This document shows, in pieces, positions 9,874 to 19,956 of a DNA stretch of 54,929 nucleotides (its first letter is position 1; each line of letters opens with the position of its first letter). The notes beneath the pieces were generated by a model. It saw only the letters and a program-made list of their open reading frames with translations, ran no database searches and was not told the DNA's origin. Location of the stretch: IMG/VR virus record IMGVR_UViG_3300046383_000025, positions 1 through 54,929 of that record. One strand, given 5' to 3'. The position numbers and the translations under genes are program-made. Source of the DNA: a virus. Its lineage: Duplodnaviria > Caudoviricetes.

Positions 9874-10238
9874 TGTCGCGTAAGAGCAAGCTGACCGATG
9901 CAACGAAGGAACGGATCCGCGATCTCGCGGCGAGCGGCCTCAATCCGCCGGCGATCGCAGCCCTCGTCGACGAGCACCCAAGCACGGTCCAATGGTTCAT
10001 GTACTCCGACGGGATGAGAGCGCCCTCGCAGACCGACGAACCGTCTAGCTACATGCGCAACGGCCGCCGCGTGCATCGGTTCACGCGCGCGGAGGATGCT
10101 TTCATCGAGGCTCGCCGGATCGCCGGCGACGGCTTCCCGGAGATCGCGCGCAAGGCCGCGGCGCGATTCGGCACGGAGCGCAAGCCGCACTCGATCCAAG
10201 TCCGACTCATCATGCTCGCGAACCTGGAGGTCGCATGA
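9873..10238 (+). CDS. HTH DNA-binding protein
   Basis: LTDATKERIRDLAASGLNPPAIAALVDEHPSTVQW; second Myb-like segment FTRAEDAFI. Confidence 0.65.
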   Translation: MSRKSKLTDATKERIRDLAASGLNPPAIAALVDEHPSTVQWFMYSDGMRAPSQTDEPSSYMRNGRRVHRFTRAEDAFIEARRIAGDGFPEIARKAAARFGTERKPHSIQVRLIMLANLEVA

Positions 10239-10631
10239 TTCTCGATGTGCTGCTATTCGCGTTGTTCTTTGCCGGCTTCTGCTATTGCGTCTCGCACAAC
10301 CATGACGACGAGCTGTACGAGCCCGCCGGCGTCGTCTGCTTGATGCTGATGTGTTGGGCCTGGCCGCTCGGGTTCGCCTATTTCATCGCGCTCGTGCTCG
10401 GCGCCGCGATGCTGCTCACGATGGTCATATGAACGAGATACAGATCGAGCAGCTCGTGCCCGGCGGGATCAAGGCAACGGACCATATCCACAAGGGAAGG
10501 AACGACGGCACGTGCTCGCGCTGTCGCAAGATGCCGGCCGAGGACGACGTGCCGCTGATGTTCTGGGCGAAGCAAGGCACCTGGCTGTGGATCTACTGCG
10601 AAAAGTGCCTCGGCGTCGAGCCGGTGCATTG

Positions 10632-11072
10632 ATGCGCGGCCTCACCATACAGCAGCCGTACGCGACGCTCTGCGCGCTCGGCGAGAAGGAGCTCGAGACG
10701 CGGAGCTGGCGCACGAATTACCGCGGCCTCGTCGCGCTGCACTCCTCGGCCGACTTTCCGCCCTGGTGCCGCAAGCTCCTGAACGTCGAGCCGTTCTACT
10801 CGGCGCTGATCCGCGATCGCAAGCGCGTGCCGATGCCGCTCGGCAAGATCCTCGCGATCGGCTTGCTCGTCGATTGCCATCCGGTCACGGAAGATTTCTG
10901 CCGCAATATCTCGCGGACCGAGTACGCGTTCGGCGTCTATCAGACCGGGCGCTTCGCCTTCCGGCTCGAGAACGTGCACATGCTGCGCCATCCGATCGAC
11001 TGGAAAGGGATGCTCGGCTTTTGGCACGTGCCGGCGGACCTTGAGGCGCGCATCGTGCGCGAGGCGGCATGA
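10632..11072 (+). CDS. ASCH-domain protein
   Basis: MRGLTIQQPYATL..LGEK.LETRSW.T.YRG.VALHS...KGMLGFW. Confidence 0.9.
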   Translation: MRGLTIQQPYATLCALGEKELETRSWRTNYRGLVALHSSADFPPWCRKLLNVEPFYSALIRDRKRVPMPLGKILAIGLLVDCHPVTEDFCRNISRTEYAFGVYQTGRFAFRLENVHMLRHPIDWKGMLGFWHVPADLEARIVREAA

Positions 11073-11635
11073 TCGTCCACATCCTCCACAACGGCGCGCC
11101 GCGCTGTCGCTTCTCGGCCGCGGTGCCGCGCGACTGGCCGCCGGAGCACCGCTGGATCTCGCTCGACGACTACCGCGGACCGCCGTCGATCGAACTCGCG
11201 CACGCGGAGCTTTGCGTGAACTGCATCCGCGCGGTCGGGCCTAACCGGCTGCGACGCGAGCGCACGAAGGGATGGCGCACGCCGAAGGGCGCGATCTACG
11301 TCGGCCGCCCGTCGAAGTTCGGCAACCCGTTCATCGACTACAAGCATCCGAAGCGCGCCGATGCATGCGTGTTCTACGTCGCGCGCGCGGGAACCACGGT
11401 GACGCTCGCCTTTCCCGGCGGGCCCGGCACCGATCGGGACTGCGTCTACTATTTCGAGCGGTGGGTCGCCGGCGAGCTCGCGGACGTGCGCGGCATGGTC
11501 GCCGTCACTGACGCGGCGCTGCGGATCCGCAAGTCGATCGAGGAGCTGCGCGGCCGCGATCTGCTCTGCTGGTGCGCGCTCGACAAGCGGTGCCATGCCG
11601 ACGTGCTTCTGCGTCTCGCCAATCAATCGAGGTAA
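11069..11635 (+). CDS. DUF4326 protein
   Basis: RTKGWRTPKGAIYVGRPSKFGNPF...ELRGRDLLCWC....CHADVLLRLAN. Confidence 0.9.
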   Translation: MIVHILHNGAPRCRFSAAVPRDWPPEHRWISLDDYRGPPSIELAHAELCVNCIRAVGPNRLRRERTKGWRTPKGAIYVGRPSKFGNPFIDYKHPKRADACVFYVARAGTTVTLAFPGGPGTDRDCVYYFERWVAGELADVRGMVAVTDAALRIRKSIEELRGRDLLCWCALDKRCHADVLLRLANQSR

Positions 11636-11637
11636 TC

Positions 11638-12525
11638 ATGACGAAGATCCGAACCGACGAGGGCGCGCTCGGCCGCACGCTTCAGACAAAGCGCGCCAAG
11701 ATCAAAGACGACGATACGTGCGTCTGCGAGACGCGCCTGCAGATGCCGGTCAAGCGCGAGGAATTCGCCACGCTCGCGGGCCTTCCGCCCGAAGTCATCG
11801 AGACGCTCTACACGGAGGAGGGCGCGCCGATCGCGAACCTCGAGATCCGCGTCGAGAAGCGCGAGCTGTCCGTGAACGGCAAATGCTGGCGCGGCGAGGG
11901 CAAGCACGCGGCGGAACTCAAGCTCAAGAAGGCGATCGCGAGCGTGCTGCGATTCAAGCTCGAGCCGTCCGGCGCGATATTCATCTGCACGGTGCGATGG
12001 CGGGCCGCCGGCGACGAGGTCGAGGACGTCAAGGATCTGCTCGGCCAATGGTGCTCGCTCGATCTGTCGCTCATGTTCGTCCAGGGCCAGCAAGAGAAGC
12101 TCGACCTGGGCGGCGGCAGCACGAAGCACACGACCACGACGCTGACGGTCGTCGATGCGCCCGTGCATACCGAATGCTGCGGCGTCACGCGCGAGACCTG
12201 TCTCGCCGGCGTCGCCGCGGGCGAGGCGAAGTGCTGCGAGAAGTGCGTGCACGAGCGGCCGCTGCGCCCCGACGAGGATCTGCCCGCCGGCGTGCCGCCG
12301 ATCCGCAAGCTCGCCCCGTCGGATCAAGAGCCCGCCACGACGCGGCTGCGCGAGCGCGTGAACGCTCTCGGCCTCGGCTACGCGGTCCCAGACGGGCCGC
12401 GCGTGTGGTTCGCTTTCTCGCCCGCGGAGCTGCAGAAGATCATTCGGTTCTGCGACCGGCGCGAGAACGGCGAGACGCCGAACCCCCCGGCTTCACTGAA
12501 GCAGTTTAAGCAGAAGAAGGAATAG
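11638..12525 (+). CDS. Hypothetical protein with an internal Cys cluster
   Basis: Start MTKIRT after GAGG; HTECC...C...CCEKC.H. Confidence 0.6.
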   Translation: MTKIRTDEGALGRTLQTKRAKIKDDDTCVCETRLQMPVKREEFATLAGLPPEVIETLYTEEGAPIANLEIRVEKRELSVNGKCWRGEGKHAAELKLKKAIASVLRFKLEPSGAIFICTVRWRAAGDEVEDVKDLLGQWCSLDLSLMFVQGQQEKLDLGGGSTKHTTTTLTVVDAPVHTECCGVTRETCLAGVAAGEAKCCEKCVHERPLRPDEDLPAGVPPIRKLAPSDQEPATTRLRERVNALGLGYAVPDGPRVWFAFSPAELQKIIRFCDRRENGETPNPPASLKQFKQKKE

Positions 12526-12527
12526 AC

Positions 12528-12845
12528 GTGCTGCAGCTTTGGCGAAACGTCGGCGAGCGCATCATGATCGGCGACGACGTCGTGCTGACGCTGGTCTCGA
12601 ACACGAACGGTGTCGAGGCGCGCGTGCAGATCCAGGCGCCACAGATCGCCGACGGCCCGCGCATCGCGCGCGTCGCCTTGCGCGAGCCCTACCGCCTCAC
12701 CGCCGAGATCTCGTTCACGCTCGATCCCATCGAGCGCACCGGCGCCCGCTTCCACATCAAAGCGCCTCGCGAGGTTCAGATCTACCGCGAGGAGATCTAC
12801 AACGAAAAACTACAGGAGCGCGGCATTGACCCCCACAACCGTTGA
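12528..12845 (+). CDS. csrA: CsrA/RsmA-family translational regulator, tandem two-domain form
   Basis: Unit 1 MLQLWRNVGERIMIGDDVVLTLV...ARVQIQAP; unit 2 ...EISFTL...ARFHIKAPREVQIYREEIY. Confidence 0.85.
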   Translation: MLQLWRNVGERIMIGDDVVLTLVSNTNGVEARVQIQAPQIADGPRIARVALREPYRLTAEISFTLDPIERTGARFHIKAPREVQIYREEIYNEKLQERGIDPHNR

Positions 12846-14256
12846 GCTTGGCTATGCGGTCGGCACTGGCGAGCGCGTCGAGATCCCGATCCGACACATG
12901 GTGGTCACCGGGCAGACGCAAGAGGCCGGCAAGACGACGACACTAGAGGCGCTGATCGAGCGCGCGGCGATCCCCGCGATCGCATTCCTGACGAAGCGCG
13001 GCGAGCGCGCCTTCGGCGAAGGCCGCCGGATCCCGCCGTACTTCCGGGAGAAAGCCGATTGGCAGTTCGTCAGCTCGGTGCTGGAGTCGATCCTGCTCGA
13101 GCGCATGAAGTTCGAGCGCGCCTGGATCATGCGCGTGACCAAGGCCGCCAAGACCCTCGCCGACGTGCTGCGCAACTGCAAAGAGCAACGCAAGCAAGCG
13201 CGACGCGGCATCGACGAGAGCATGTACATGCAGCTCGAAGCGTACCTCGAGATCATCGTGCCGCGCGTCGCGCGCGTGCAGTGGGCCAAGACCGTTGACC
13301 TGCAGCCCGGGCTCAACATCTGCGACCTGAGCAACCGCGACACATTCCCGCCGGAGCTGCAGGGCCTCGTGATGCGCTCGGTCATCGAGTGGATCTACGA
13401 GCATGCGACCGCGGCGATCACGATCATCCCGGAGGCTTGGGAATTCGTGCCGCAGTCGCGCGGCTCTCCAGTCAAGCTCGCGGCCGTCGAGCTGATCCGC
13501 AAGGGCGCGGGCCTCGGCAATTACGTTTGGCTCGACAGCCAAGACATCGGTGGCGTCGACAAAGAGATCTTACGGTCGTGCCCGGTGTGGCTGCTCGGCG
13601 TGCAGCGCGAGACCAATGAGATCAAGCGCGTGCTCGACAACATCCCCGCCGGCGTCAAGAAGCCGCGGCCGGCCGATGTCTCGATGCTGAAGAAGGGCGA
13701 ATTCTTCGCGTGCTTCGGCGAGCACACGATCCGGACATACGTCCGGCCGAAGTGGATGGACGCGGACGAGGCGCACGAGATCGCATGCGGCTACAAGATG
13801 GCCCGGCCGCCGCCGGCGCCGATCATTCGCGCCGACGATCCCTGGCCGCCCGACGTCGGCGTGCAGATGATCGAGGAGGAGCTGCGCGCGAAGATCCGCG
13901 CCGACGTGCTCGCAGAACACAAAAGCGAGCTGACGGCGGCCGAGGAGCATGGCCGGCTGAAGGGATTCGAGCAGGGTTACGCCGCGGCCGCGGCCGCGAT
14001 CACCGGCAAGGTGACCGGCGTCGTCAAGACGGGCGAGGCCTTCGTCGAGGAGTTGCGCGCGCTCGCGCGAGATCTCGCCGCGCGCGCGGCCGTATCCGCT
14101 AACACGCTCGAGATTGCCCCGCCCGGGCCCGGCCGATTCCGCTATGCCGCGGACCCGGAGCGGATCGGCTCCACGCCGGAACACCACGACAACGCCGCCG
14201 GGCAGCCAAAGCTCGATCGCATCATCCATCTGCTCGAAACACGGAGAACGCTGTGA
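12826..14256 (+). CDS. HerA/FtsK-like (DUF87-type) P-loop ATPase
   Basis: TTG start after AGGAG; HMVVTGQTQEAGKTT Walker A; IIIPEAWEFVPQ Walker B; IRKG..LG..VWLDSQ. Confidence 0.8.
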   Translation: MTPTTVELGYAVGTGERVEIPIRHMVVTGQTQEAGKTTTLEALIERAAIPAIAFLTKRGERAFGEGRRIPPYFREKADWQFVSSVLESILLERMKFERAWIMRVTKAAKTLADVLRNCKEQRKQARRGIDESMYMQLEAYLEIIVPRVARVQWAKTVDLQPGLNICDLSNRDTFPPELQGLVMRSVIEWIYEHATAAITIIPEAWEFVPQSRGSPVKLAAVELIRKGAGLGNYVWLDSQDIGGVDKEILRSCPVWLLGVQRETNEIKRVLDNIPAGVKKPRPADVSMLKKGEFFACFGEHTIRTYVRPKWMDADEAHEIACGYKMARPPPAPIIRADDPWPPDVGVQMIEEELRAKIRADVLAEHKSELTAAEEHGRLKGFEQGYAAAAAAITGKVTGVVKTGEAFVEELRALARDLAARAAVSANTLEIAPPGPGRFRYAADPERIGSTPEHHDNAAGQPKLDRIIHLLETRRTL

Positions 14257-14666
14257 GCGAAGAAAAACTCGACCGGATCCTCGCGCTACTCGAAGGCCTC
14301 GACGAGGAGCAGCTCTACCAGCGCGTCAAGGCCCGGCTCGCGGAGGAGGCGCCCGCGCTGCTGAAGGTGCTCACCGTCACGCCGCAGATCCAGCTCGAAG
14401 AAAAGTTCGAGACGATCGAGGTTGACGGCAAGACGCCGAAAGGCCGGGTCGCGCGCCTGATCCTCGATGGCTGGTTCGACACGCCGAAGAATGCGAACAA
14501 GGCGACCGAGGAGATCAATCGCCGCGGCGGCGCGCTCGTCGCCGCGCGCGTATACGAGGCATGCGATGCGCTCGTCGCGCTCGGTTTCCTCTACAAGCAA
14601 AAGCTCGCGAACCGCAGCTATGCCTACGTCGTCGTCGAAGGCATGAAGGCGAACGTGCGCGCATGA
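14253..14666 (+). CDS. Winged-helix-like protein coupled to the ATPase
   Basis: GTGA overlap; KGRVARLI.DGWFD.P....EI.RRG...LV.LGFL. Confidence 0.55.
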   Translation: MSEEKLDRILALLEGLDEEQLYQRVKARLAEEAPALLKVLTVTPQIQLEEKFETIEVDGKTPKGRVARLILDGWFDTPKNANKATEEINRRGGALVAARVYEACDALVALGFLYKQKLANRSYAYVVVEGMKANVRA

Positions 14667-14945
14667 TCGGCTCGCGACAATGAAGCCCGCTTATTTCAAA
14701 ACGTGCCGATGCGGGCAGCGAATCGTGATACTAAATACGAAGCGCGGTAAGCGGCTCGCCGTCAACGTGGAGCCCAAAGGCCACGAGGCATACCGATACC
14801 GCGGCGTCGCGCGAGTCGAGCAAATGTACGAGTGGGGGCAGCATCAGCCGCACCTGCTGACGTGCACGAAGCCATACGACAAGGCGACGCAAAATAGAAA
14901 GAAGTTCGTCTAGGCTCGTCCAACAAAACCACGGAGGTTAGTCCC

Positions 14946-16463
14946 ATGTCCCAAGAACACCGCGAAATTCTACTCGCGCAGCTCAAGCCCTCGGCCACGG
15001 AGGCGCAAGCCATGCGCCGCAAGCAATTCGACAAAGGCGCGCTGCGCGAGCTGGCCGACTCGATCAAGCTCTCCGGCGTCGTGCAGCCGATCGTCGTGCG
15101 CGAGATCCCGACGGCCGGCAAATCGCCCGGGCACTACGAGATCGTCGCCGGCGAGCGCCGCGTGCTCGCGGCCGGCATCGCCGGACTCGAGCGCATCCCT
15201 GCGATCGTGAGGGAGCTCGACGACCAGGGCGTCGCGCAGATCCAGCTCATCGAGAATCTGCAGCGCGAAGGCCTCGCGCCGATGCACGAGGCTACCAGCT
15301 ACCACGAGTTGATCGAGGAGCACGGCCTCAAGCATGAGGACGTCGCCGCGCGCATCGGCAAGTCGCTGCGCTACGTCTACATGCGATTGAAGCTGCTCGC
15401 GCTCGCCCCGCCCGTGCGCAAGCTGCTCGCGGATGGAGTGATCGAGGTCAGCATCGCGGAGCGAATCGCGCGGATCCCGACGCATGCGCTGCAGCTCGAA
15501 GCGGTGCGCGACATGGAAAGCCGCGGCATGACGGTCAAGGAAGCCGAGGCGCACATCGCCAAGAACTACATGACCAAGCTCTCGACGGCGCACTTTCCGA
15601 CCGCGGACGCGACGCTCAAGGGCGGCCCCTGCGGCACGTGCCCGAAGCGGACCGGCAATCAGTCGCAACTATTCGCCGACGTCGGCGACGACGAGATCTG
15701 CACGGACTCGAAGTGCTTCACTGACAAGACGCGCGAGCACGGCGGCCGGCAGATCGCCGCGGCGAAGGCCAAGGGTCAAAAGACGATCGCCGGCGCCGAG
15801 GCGAAGAAGATCGCGGCCTACGGCTTTCGGTACAACGATCACGTCGGCCCCTACTATCTGCTCACCGCGAAGCCCTACTTCAGCGGCGCCGGCGAGACGC
15901 CGGTCAGGCAGATCCTGAAGGAAGGCGCGGAGATCGTGCTGTTCCAGGATCCGGAGACAGGCCGCGCGCGCGAGGTCGTGCACGAGAGCCACATCAAGAA
16001 GCCGAAGGTCTCGCACTCGATCGACCGCTATCAGAGCCAGCAGCGAGCGAACGCCAAGCGCGCGAAGTACGAGAGCGCCGTGCGGCGCCGGATCTTCGAC
16101 GAGGTCCGACCGAAGCTGAAGCCGCCGACGCTGCGCCAGCTCGCGGAGATCTGCGCCGACGCCCTCGACTACGAGGCGCGCGAGATCCTGCACAAGATCG
16201 AGAACCCGGACTCGAAAAAAGGCTCGATCTACGTCGGCGACTGGATCAAGAAGTACGTGGCCGGGCTGAAGGGCGACAAGGCGCTGCAGCAGTTCATCTC
16301 GATGACCTACGTTCTCGACGAGGTCCACGTGAACAGCTACTCGCTGAGCCGGAAGATCCCGCGCCTCGAAGCCGCCGCGAAAGCCGCCGGCGTCAGCGTC
16401 AAGAAGATCCGCGCGGAGCTGAAGCCCAAGCCGAAGAAAAAGGCCAAGGGAAAACGCAAGTGA
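14946..16463 (+). CDS. ParB/RepB/Spo0J-family protein (long, PRTRC-ParB-like)
   Basis: RKQFD..ALRELADSIK..GVVQPIVVR...YEIVAGERR..A...ENLQRE.L; C..CPKRTG...C.D..CF. Confidence 0.9.
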   Translation: MSQEHREILLAQLKPSATEAQAMRRKQFDKGALRELADSIKLSGVVQPIVVREIPTAGKSPGHYEIVAGERRVLAAGIAGLERIPAIVRELDDQGVAQIQLIENLQREGLAPMHEATSYHELIEEHGLKHEDVAARIGKSLRYVYMRLKLLALAPPVRKLLADGVIEVSIAERIARIPTHALQLEAVRDMESRGMTVKEAEAHIAKNYMTKLSTAHFPTADATLKGGPCGTCPKRTGNQSQLFADVGDDEICTDSKCFTDKTREHGGRQIAAAKAKGQKTIAGAEAKKIAAYGFRYNDHVGPYYLLTAKPYFSGAGETPVRQILKEGAEIVLFQDPETGRAREVVHESHIKKPKVSHSIDRYQSQQRANAKRAKYESAVRRRIFDEVRPKLKPPTLRQLAEICADALDYEAREILHKIENPDSKKGSIYVGDWIKKYVAGLKGDKALQQFISMTYVLDEVHVNSYSLSRKIPRLEAAAKAAGVSVKKIRAELKPKPKKKAKGKRK

Positions 16464-16725
16464 AGCGCAGCGCGGAGGAGATCGCCGCGACGCACGCGCT
16501 GCGCGAGGCTATCAATCGAATCGAGGAGGAGCTGCGCAACATGCGCCGCGTCGTCTACGCGACCGTGCTCGCGGCCGGAACGCTCGTCGGCGGCGGCGGA
16601 TGCGAGGTCCGCATCCGCCGTGACATCCTCGTGAACCTCGACGATCGCGGCGTGCTCGAGCAGGATCGAGATCCCGCGACCGGCGACATCATCATGCGCG
16701 CCCTACCGCCGCCACCGAAGGAGAC

Positions 16726-17322
16726 TTGATGGGCACCGTCGCAAGCATCGGCCTCGACTGGCTCGTGCAGTCGCATCGCCTCGACACGTTCGTCGAGAGC
16801 GGCACGGGCCACGGGCACAACCTGATCCGCGCGCTGCAGTGGCCGCAGCTCACCGCATTGCACTCGATCGAGATCGACTATCCGACGCATCACCGCGCCG
16901 CGGTCACGTTCTCGAATGAGCCGCGGGTCAAGCTGTATCACGGCGACTCCTCGCAGATCCTCGGCGCGATCGCGAGCGAGCTCTCGCCGCAGCGGCGCGT
17001 GCTGTGGTATCTCGATGCTCACTTCGCCGGCAGCGGCCGGATAGAACCGCTCGCAATGGTGGTCGATCGAGATCCGCGCGAGCTGGTGCCGCTGCAGCGC
17101 GAGGTCGTCGGTCTGCGCGGCCGCCGAGATCTCGCCGGCGACGTCGTCATCGTCGACGATCTCTGTCTATTCGAGGTCGGCCCGTATGAAACCGACGCGC
17201 CGCAGCTCCGCGAGCAGCTCGGCCTGCAGTCGCTCGGCTGGCTCGATCATCTGTTCTCGCGGACGCACGAGATCTCGAGACTCACGCGCGACGGCGGCTA
17301 CTGGGTCGCGAGGCCACGATGA
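16726..17322 (+). CDS. Class I SAM-dependent methyltransferase
   Basis: TFVESGTGHG, HSIEID, YHGDS, WYLDAH, VVIVDD. Confidence 0.75.
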   Translation: MMGTVASIGLDWLVQSHRLDTFVESGTGHGHNLIRALQWPQLTALHSIEIDYPTHHRAAVTFSNEPRVKLYHGDSSQILGAIASELSPQRRVLWYLDAHFAGSGRIEPLAMVVDRDPRELVPLQREVVGLRGRRDLAGDVVIVDDLCLFEVGPYETDAPQLREQLGLQSLGWLDHLFSRTHEISRLTRDGGYWVARPR

Positions 17323-18418
17323 ACAAGACGACGCCGGCCACGACACACGGCTGCAATTTTCCGGGCTGCGATCGGCAGATTCGCCGCGAGCATTGGGCGT
17401 GCGACGCGCATTGGTGGGTGATTCCGCTGTCGCAGCGCAATCGACTGTCGCGCGCGTGGCAAGCATTGAAAGCCGTGCGCACGGCAACGGCGGCGGCGCC
17501 GGCGGTCGCGCGCGCGGCGATCGCCGAATACCGCGCGGCCGAGGCCGACATCATCAAGTTCGCCAAAGGGGGCAAGAGTGCAAGTCGATAACCGGATCCT
17601 CGCGCGCATGCGAGAGCTCTCGATCTACCAGCGCGCCGGGCTGATCTCCTCTTACACGCGATTCGATAACGGGCAGATCGACGAGCTGCACATCAATCGC
17701 GATATCCAAACGCTGACGGCGTTCATCGACGCGACTGGCGAAGGCCTGCCCGACGACATCTGCCGCGAGTGTCTCTGTCAGACGTACGGACCGGGCGACG
17801 TCGGCGGCCACAACTGGGGATGCTCGAAGAACCCGCCCGACTCGTACAAGGCGCGCCCGCCGCTGATGAAGAAGAAGCGCAAGCGCCGCTGATGTACTGC
17901 ACGAAAATGAAAATCGGCGCGACGACGGCGATCGTCTGCCACGGCGGCCGGCGGCCGCGCGAGCAGCTCTGCCTTTGCGGAAAGCCGGCGACGCGCCTAT
18001 GCGACTGGATCATCGCGAAGCGCGGGAAGCGCATCGTGCGTTGCTCGGCGCCGATGTGCGACGGCTGCTCGATCCGGCCAGCTCCCGAAAAAGATCTCTG
18101 CCCGACGCACGGCGCAGAATGGAACAAGCGCGCGAGCAACCCAGACCGCGAGGCGGCGACATGATGTGCGAGATCTGCGGCTGCACTGATGACGCGGCCT
18201 GCGTCGATCCGGTCACGCGCCGGCCCTGCGCGTGGATCGCCGAGGGCCTCTGCAGCGCGTGCGAGTTTGCGCCGCTCGCTTGGTCGGCTCCGGAGCTGCC
18301 GCGGCCGCTCGCCCCGCCCATCCTCCTCGACATAGGCCCCCGCGGCGCCTGGCGGCTCCGCGCCTTGACGGCCGCCGAGGCCGCCCATATCGCCAGCCTT
18401 CCGCCGGGCAGCCTATAA
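17319..18418 (+). other. Four small Cys-rich (zinc-finger-like) phage genes: 17319-17591, 17578-17892, 17892-18164, 18161-18418
   Basis: HGCNFPGC...ACDAHW; CREC...HNWGC; CLCG..ATRLCD...C.AP.C..C...LCP.H; CEICGCTDDAAC...LCSAC. Confidence 0.6.
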
Positions 18419-18478
18419 GCGGTTTTACGCCGGCCCTGGACCCCGCGAGTTTCCTAGGCCCCCCGGCTTTTTTGCTGG

Positions 18479-18523
18479 AAATGTGAACTAGGTCCCACCT
18501 ATAGGGGGGGATCGGCCTATACT
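18479..18523 (+). promoter_or_regulatory. CRP-family box plus -10 (class II promoter P1)
   Basis: AAATGTGA-ACTAGG-TCCCA centred 18489.5; TATACT at 18518 (site at about -40.5). Confidence 0.7.
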
Positions 18524-18583
18524 TCCTCCCATGCCCGGCGAGATGCCGCGGCGAGAACCAGGAACCACGGAGGACCTAGGACC

Positions 18584-19150
18584 ATGACCAAGACGAAATT
18601 CCCGCGCTGGATTCCCCAAGGTGCCGAAGCGATCACGCGCGAAGGCGTGAACGCGGTGTGCTACCTGTACGCCTCGCGCAGCTCGCGCCCCGCGGTGCTG
18701 ATGTATGGCGGCAACCGATCGAAGGCGGACAGCCACTACAGCTACCGCAGCGAGCAGGAAGCCCGCGACGCGGCCTCGCGCTACCTTGACGGCCAAGCGG
18801 CGAGCGCCGTCTACAAGGCCGAGCAGCGCGTCGCGCGCAACCGTCCGCACACGCTCGCGGTCGGCTCGATTCTCGCGTGCTCGTGGGGATACGACCAGAC
18901 GAACGTCGATTTCTACGAGGTCGTCGAGCTGCACGGCGCCGCGTTCCTTTCGGTCCGCAAGATCGCGCAGAAGGTCGTCGAGAACCAGCAGAGCAGCGAG
19001 CGCGTCGTCGCCTGCCCGGGCCAGTACTGCGGCGAGCCGATGCGCAAGCGCGCGACGGCCGGCAACGCGATCCGGATCGCCGACTACGCCAGCGCCTACG
19101 AGTGGGACGGCAAGCCGAAGCATCAGACCGCGTTCGGGTGGGGCCACTAG
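18584..19150 (+). CDS. Conserved-looking phage hypothetical protein
   Basis: Strong SD; VGSIL..SWGYDQTNVDFYEVV motif. Confidence 0.75.
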   Translation: MTKTKFPRWIPQGAEAITREGVNAVCYLYASRSSRPAVLMYGGNRSKADSHYSYRSEQEARDAASRYLDGQAASAVYKAEQRVARNRPHTLAVGSILACSWGYDQTNVDFYEVVELHGAAFLSVRKIAQKVVENQQSSERVVACPGQYCGEPMRKRATAGNAIRIADYASAYEWDGKPKHQTAFGWGH

Positions 19151-19190
19151 GCCCCGCCCTCTCTCTCACCACACCACGGAGGTCACTGCC

Positions 19191-19409
19191 ATGTCGCTCA
19201 ATCCGAACCAAGCCCGCGCCCTTGCTCTCGTCGTCGAGGCCGTCGTCGAGGCCGTCAAAGCGGCCGGTCCGAACGGCGCGCCCGGCGGCACGCTCTACGC
19301 GGCGCTGATGTCGCAAGGCTGCACGCTGAGCCAGTTCGAGAGCCTGATGGGCGCGCTCGTGCGCCTCGGCAAAGTTCGCCGCGAGGGCGAGCTGTACTTC
19401 GCCGCCTGA
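19191..19409 (+). CDS. Small winged-helix-like protein
   Basis: GAPGGTLYAALM..GCTLSQFE.LM.ALV..G.V. Confidence 0.65.
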   Translation: MSLNPNQARALALVVEAVVEAVKAAGPNGAPGGTLYAALMSQGCTLSQFESLMGALVRLGKVRREGELYFAA

Positions 19410-19440
19410 ACCACCACCACACGCCACGGAGGCCAAGACC

Positions 19441-19956
19441 ATGAACGACCTTTTTTCAAACTACCGCCCGGAGCCCGCACGTGCTCCGATCCCGCAGCCG
19501 CCGCCCGCGCCGCGCGCGTCGGTCGGGCTGCCGAGCGTCGCCGGCGTCGTCGAGCTGCTCGCGCACGCTGCCGAGCACGGCCTGAAGTACCCGAAGCTGC
19601 GCCTGCAGCTCGCCGACGGCACACCGCTGCGGATTCACGTCGCCGGCGAGCGGAGCCGCACCCCCGGCTACTTGATGCTGACGGACGGCGGGAAGTATCC
19701 GGACAATCTGTACTTCGGCCGGATCTCGCCCGCGGGCGATCTCGAGATCGGCCGCGACGGCCACCAGCGTCGCGAGCAGCTCGTCGCGCTGCTCGAGCGC
19801 CTCGCCGCGGAGCCGGCGAAGGTCGCCGCGGAGTACGGCAAGCTGACCGGCAACTGCTGCTTCTGCAAGCTCACGCTGACCGATGCGCGCTCGACGGCCG
19901 TCGGCTACGGCCCGATCTGCGCTGGCAAGTTCGGCCTACCCTGGGGGGCGCCATGA
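19441..19956 (+). CDS. DUF6011-domain protein
   Basis: YGKLTGNCCFC..TLTD.RS..VGYGPICA. Confidence 0.8.
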   Translation: MNDLFSNYRPEPARAPIPQPPPAPRASVGLPSVAGVVELLAHAAEHGLKYPKLRLQLADGTPLRIHVAGERSRTPGYLMLTDGGKYPDNLYFGRISPAGDLEIGRDGHQRREQLVALLERLAAEPAKVAAEYGKLTGNCCFCKLTLTDARSTAVGYGPICAGKFGLPWGAP

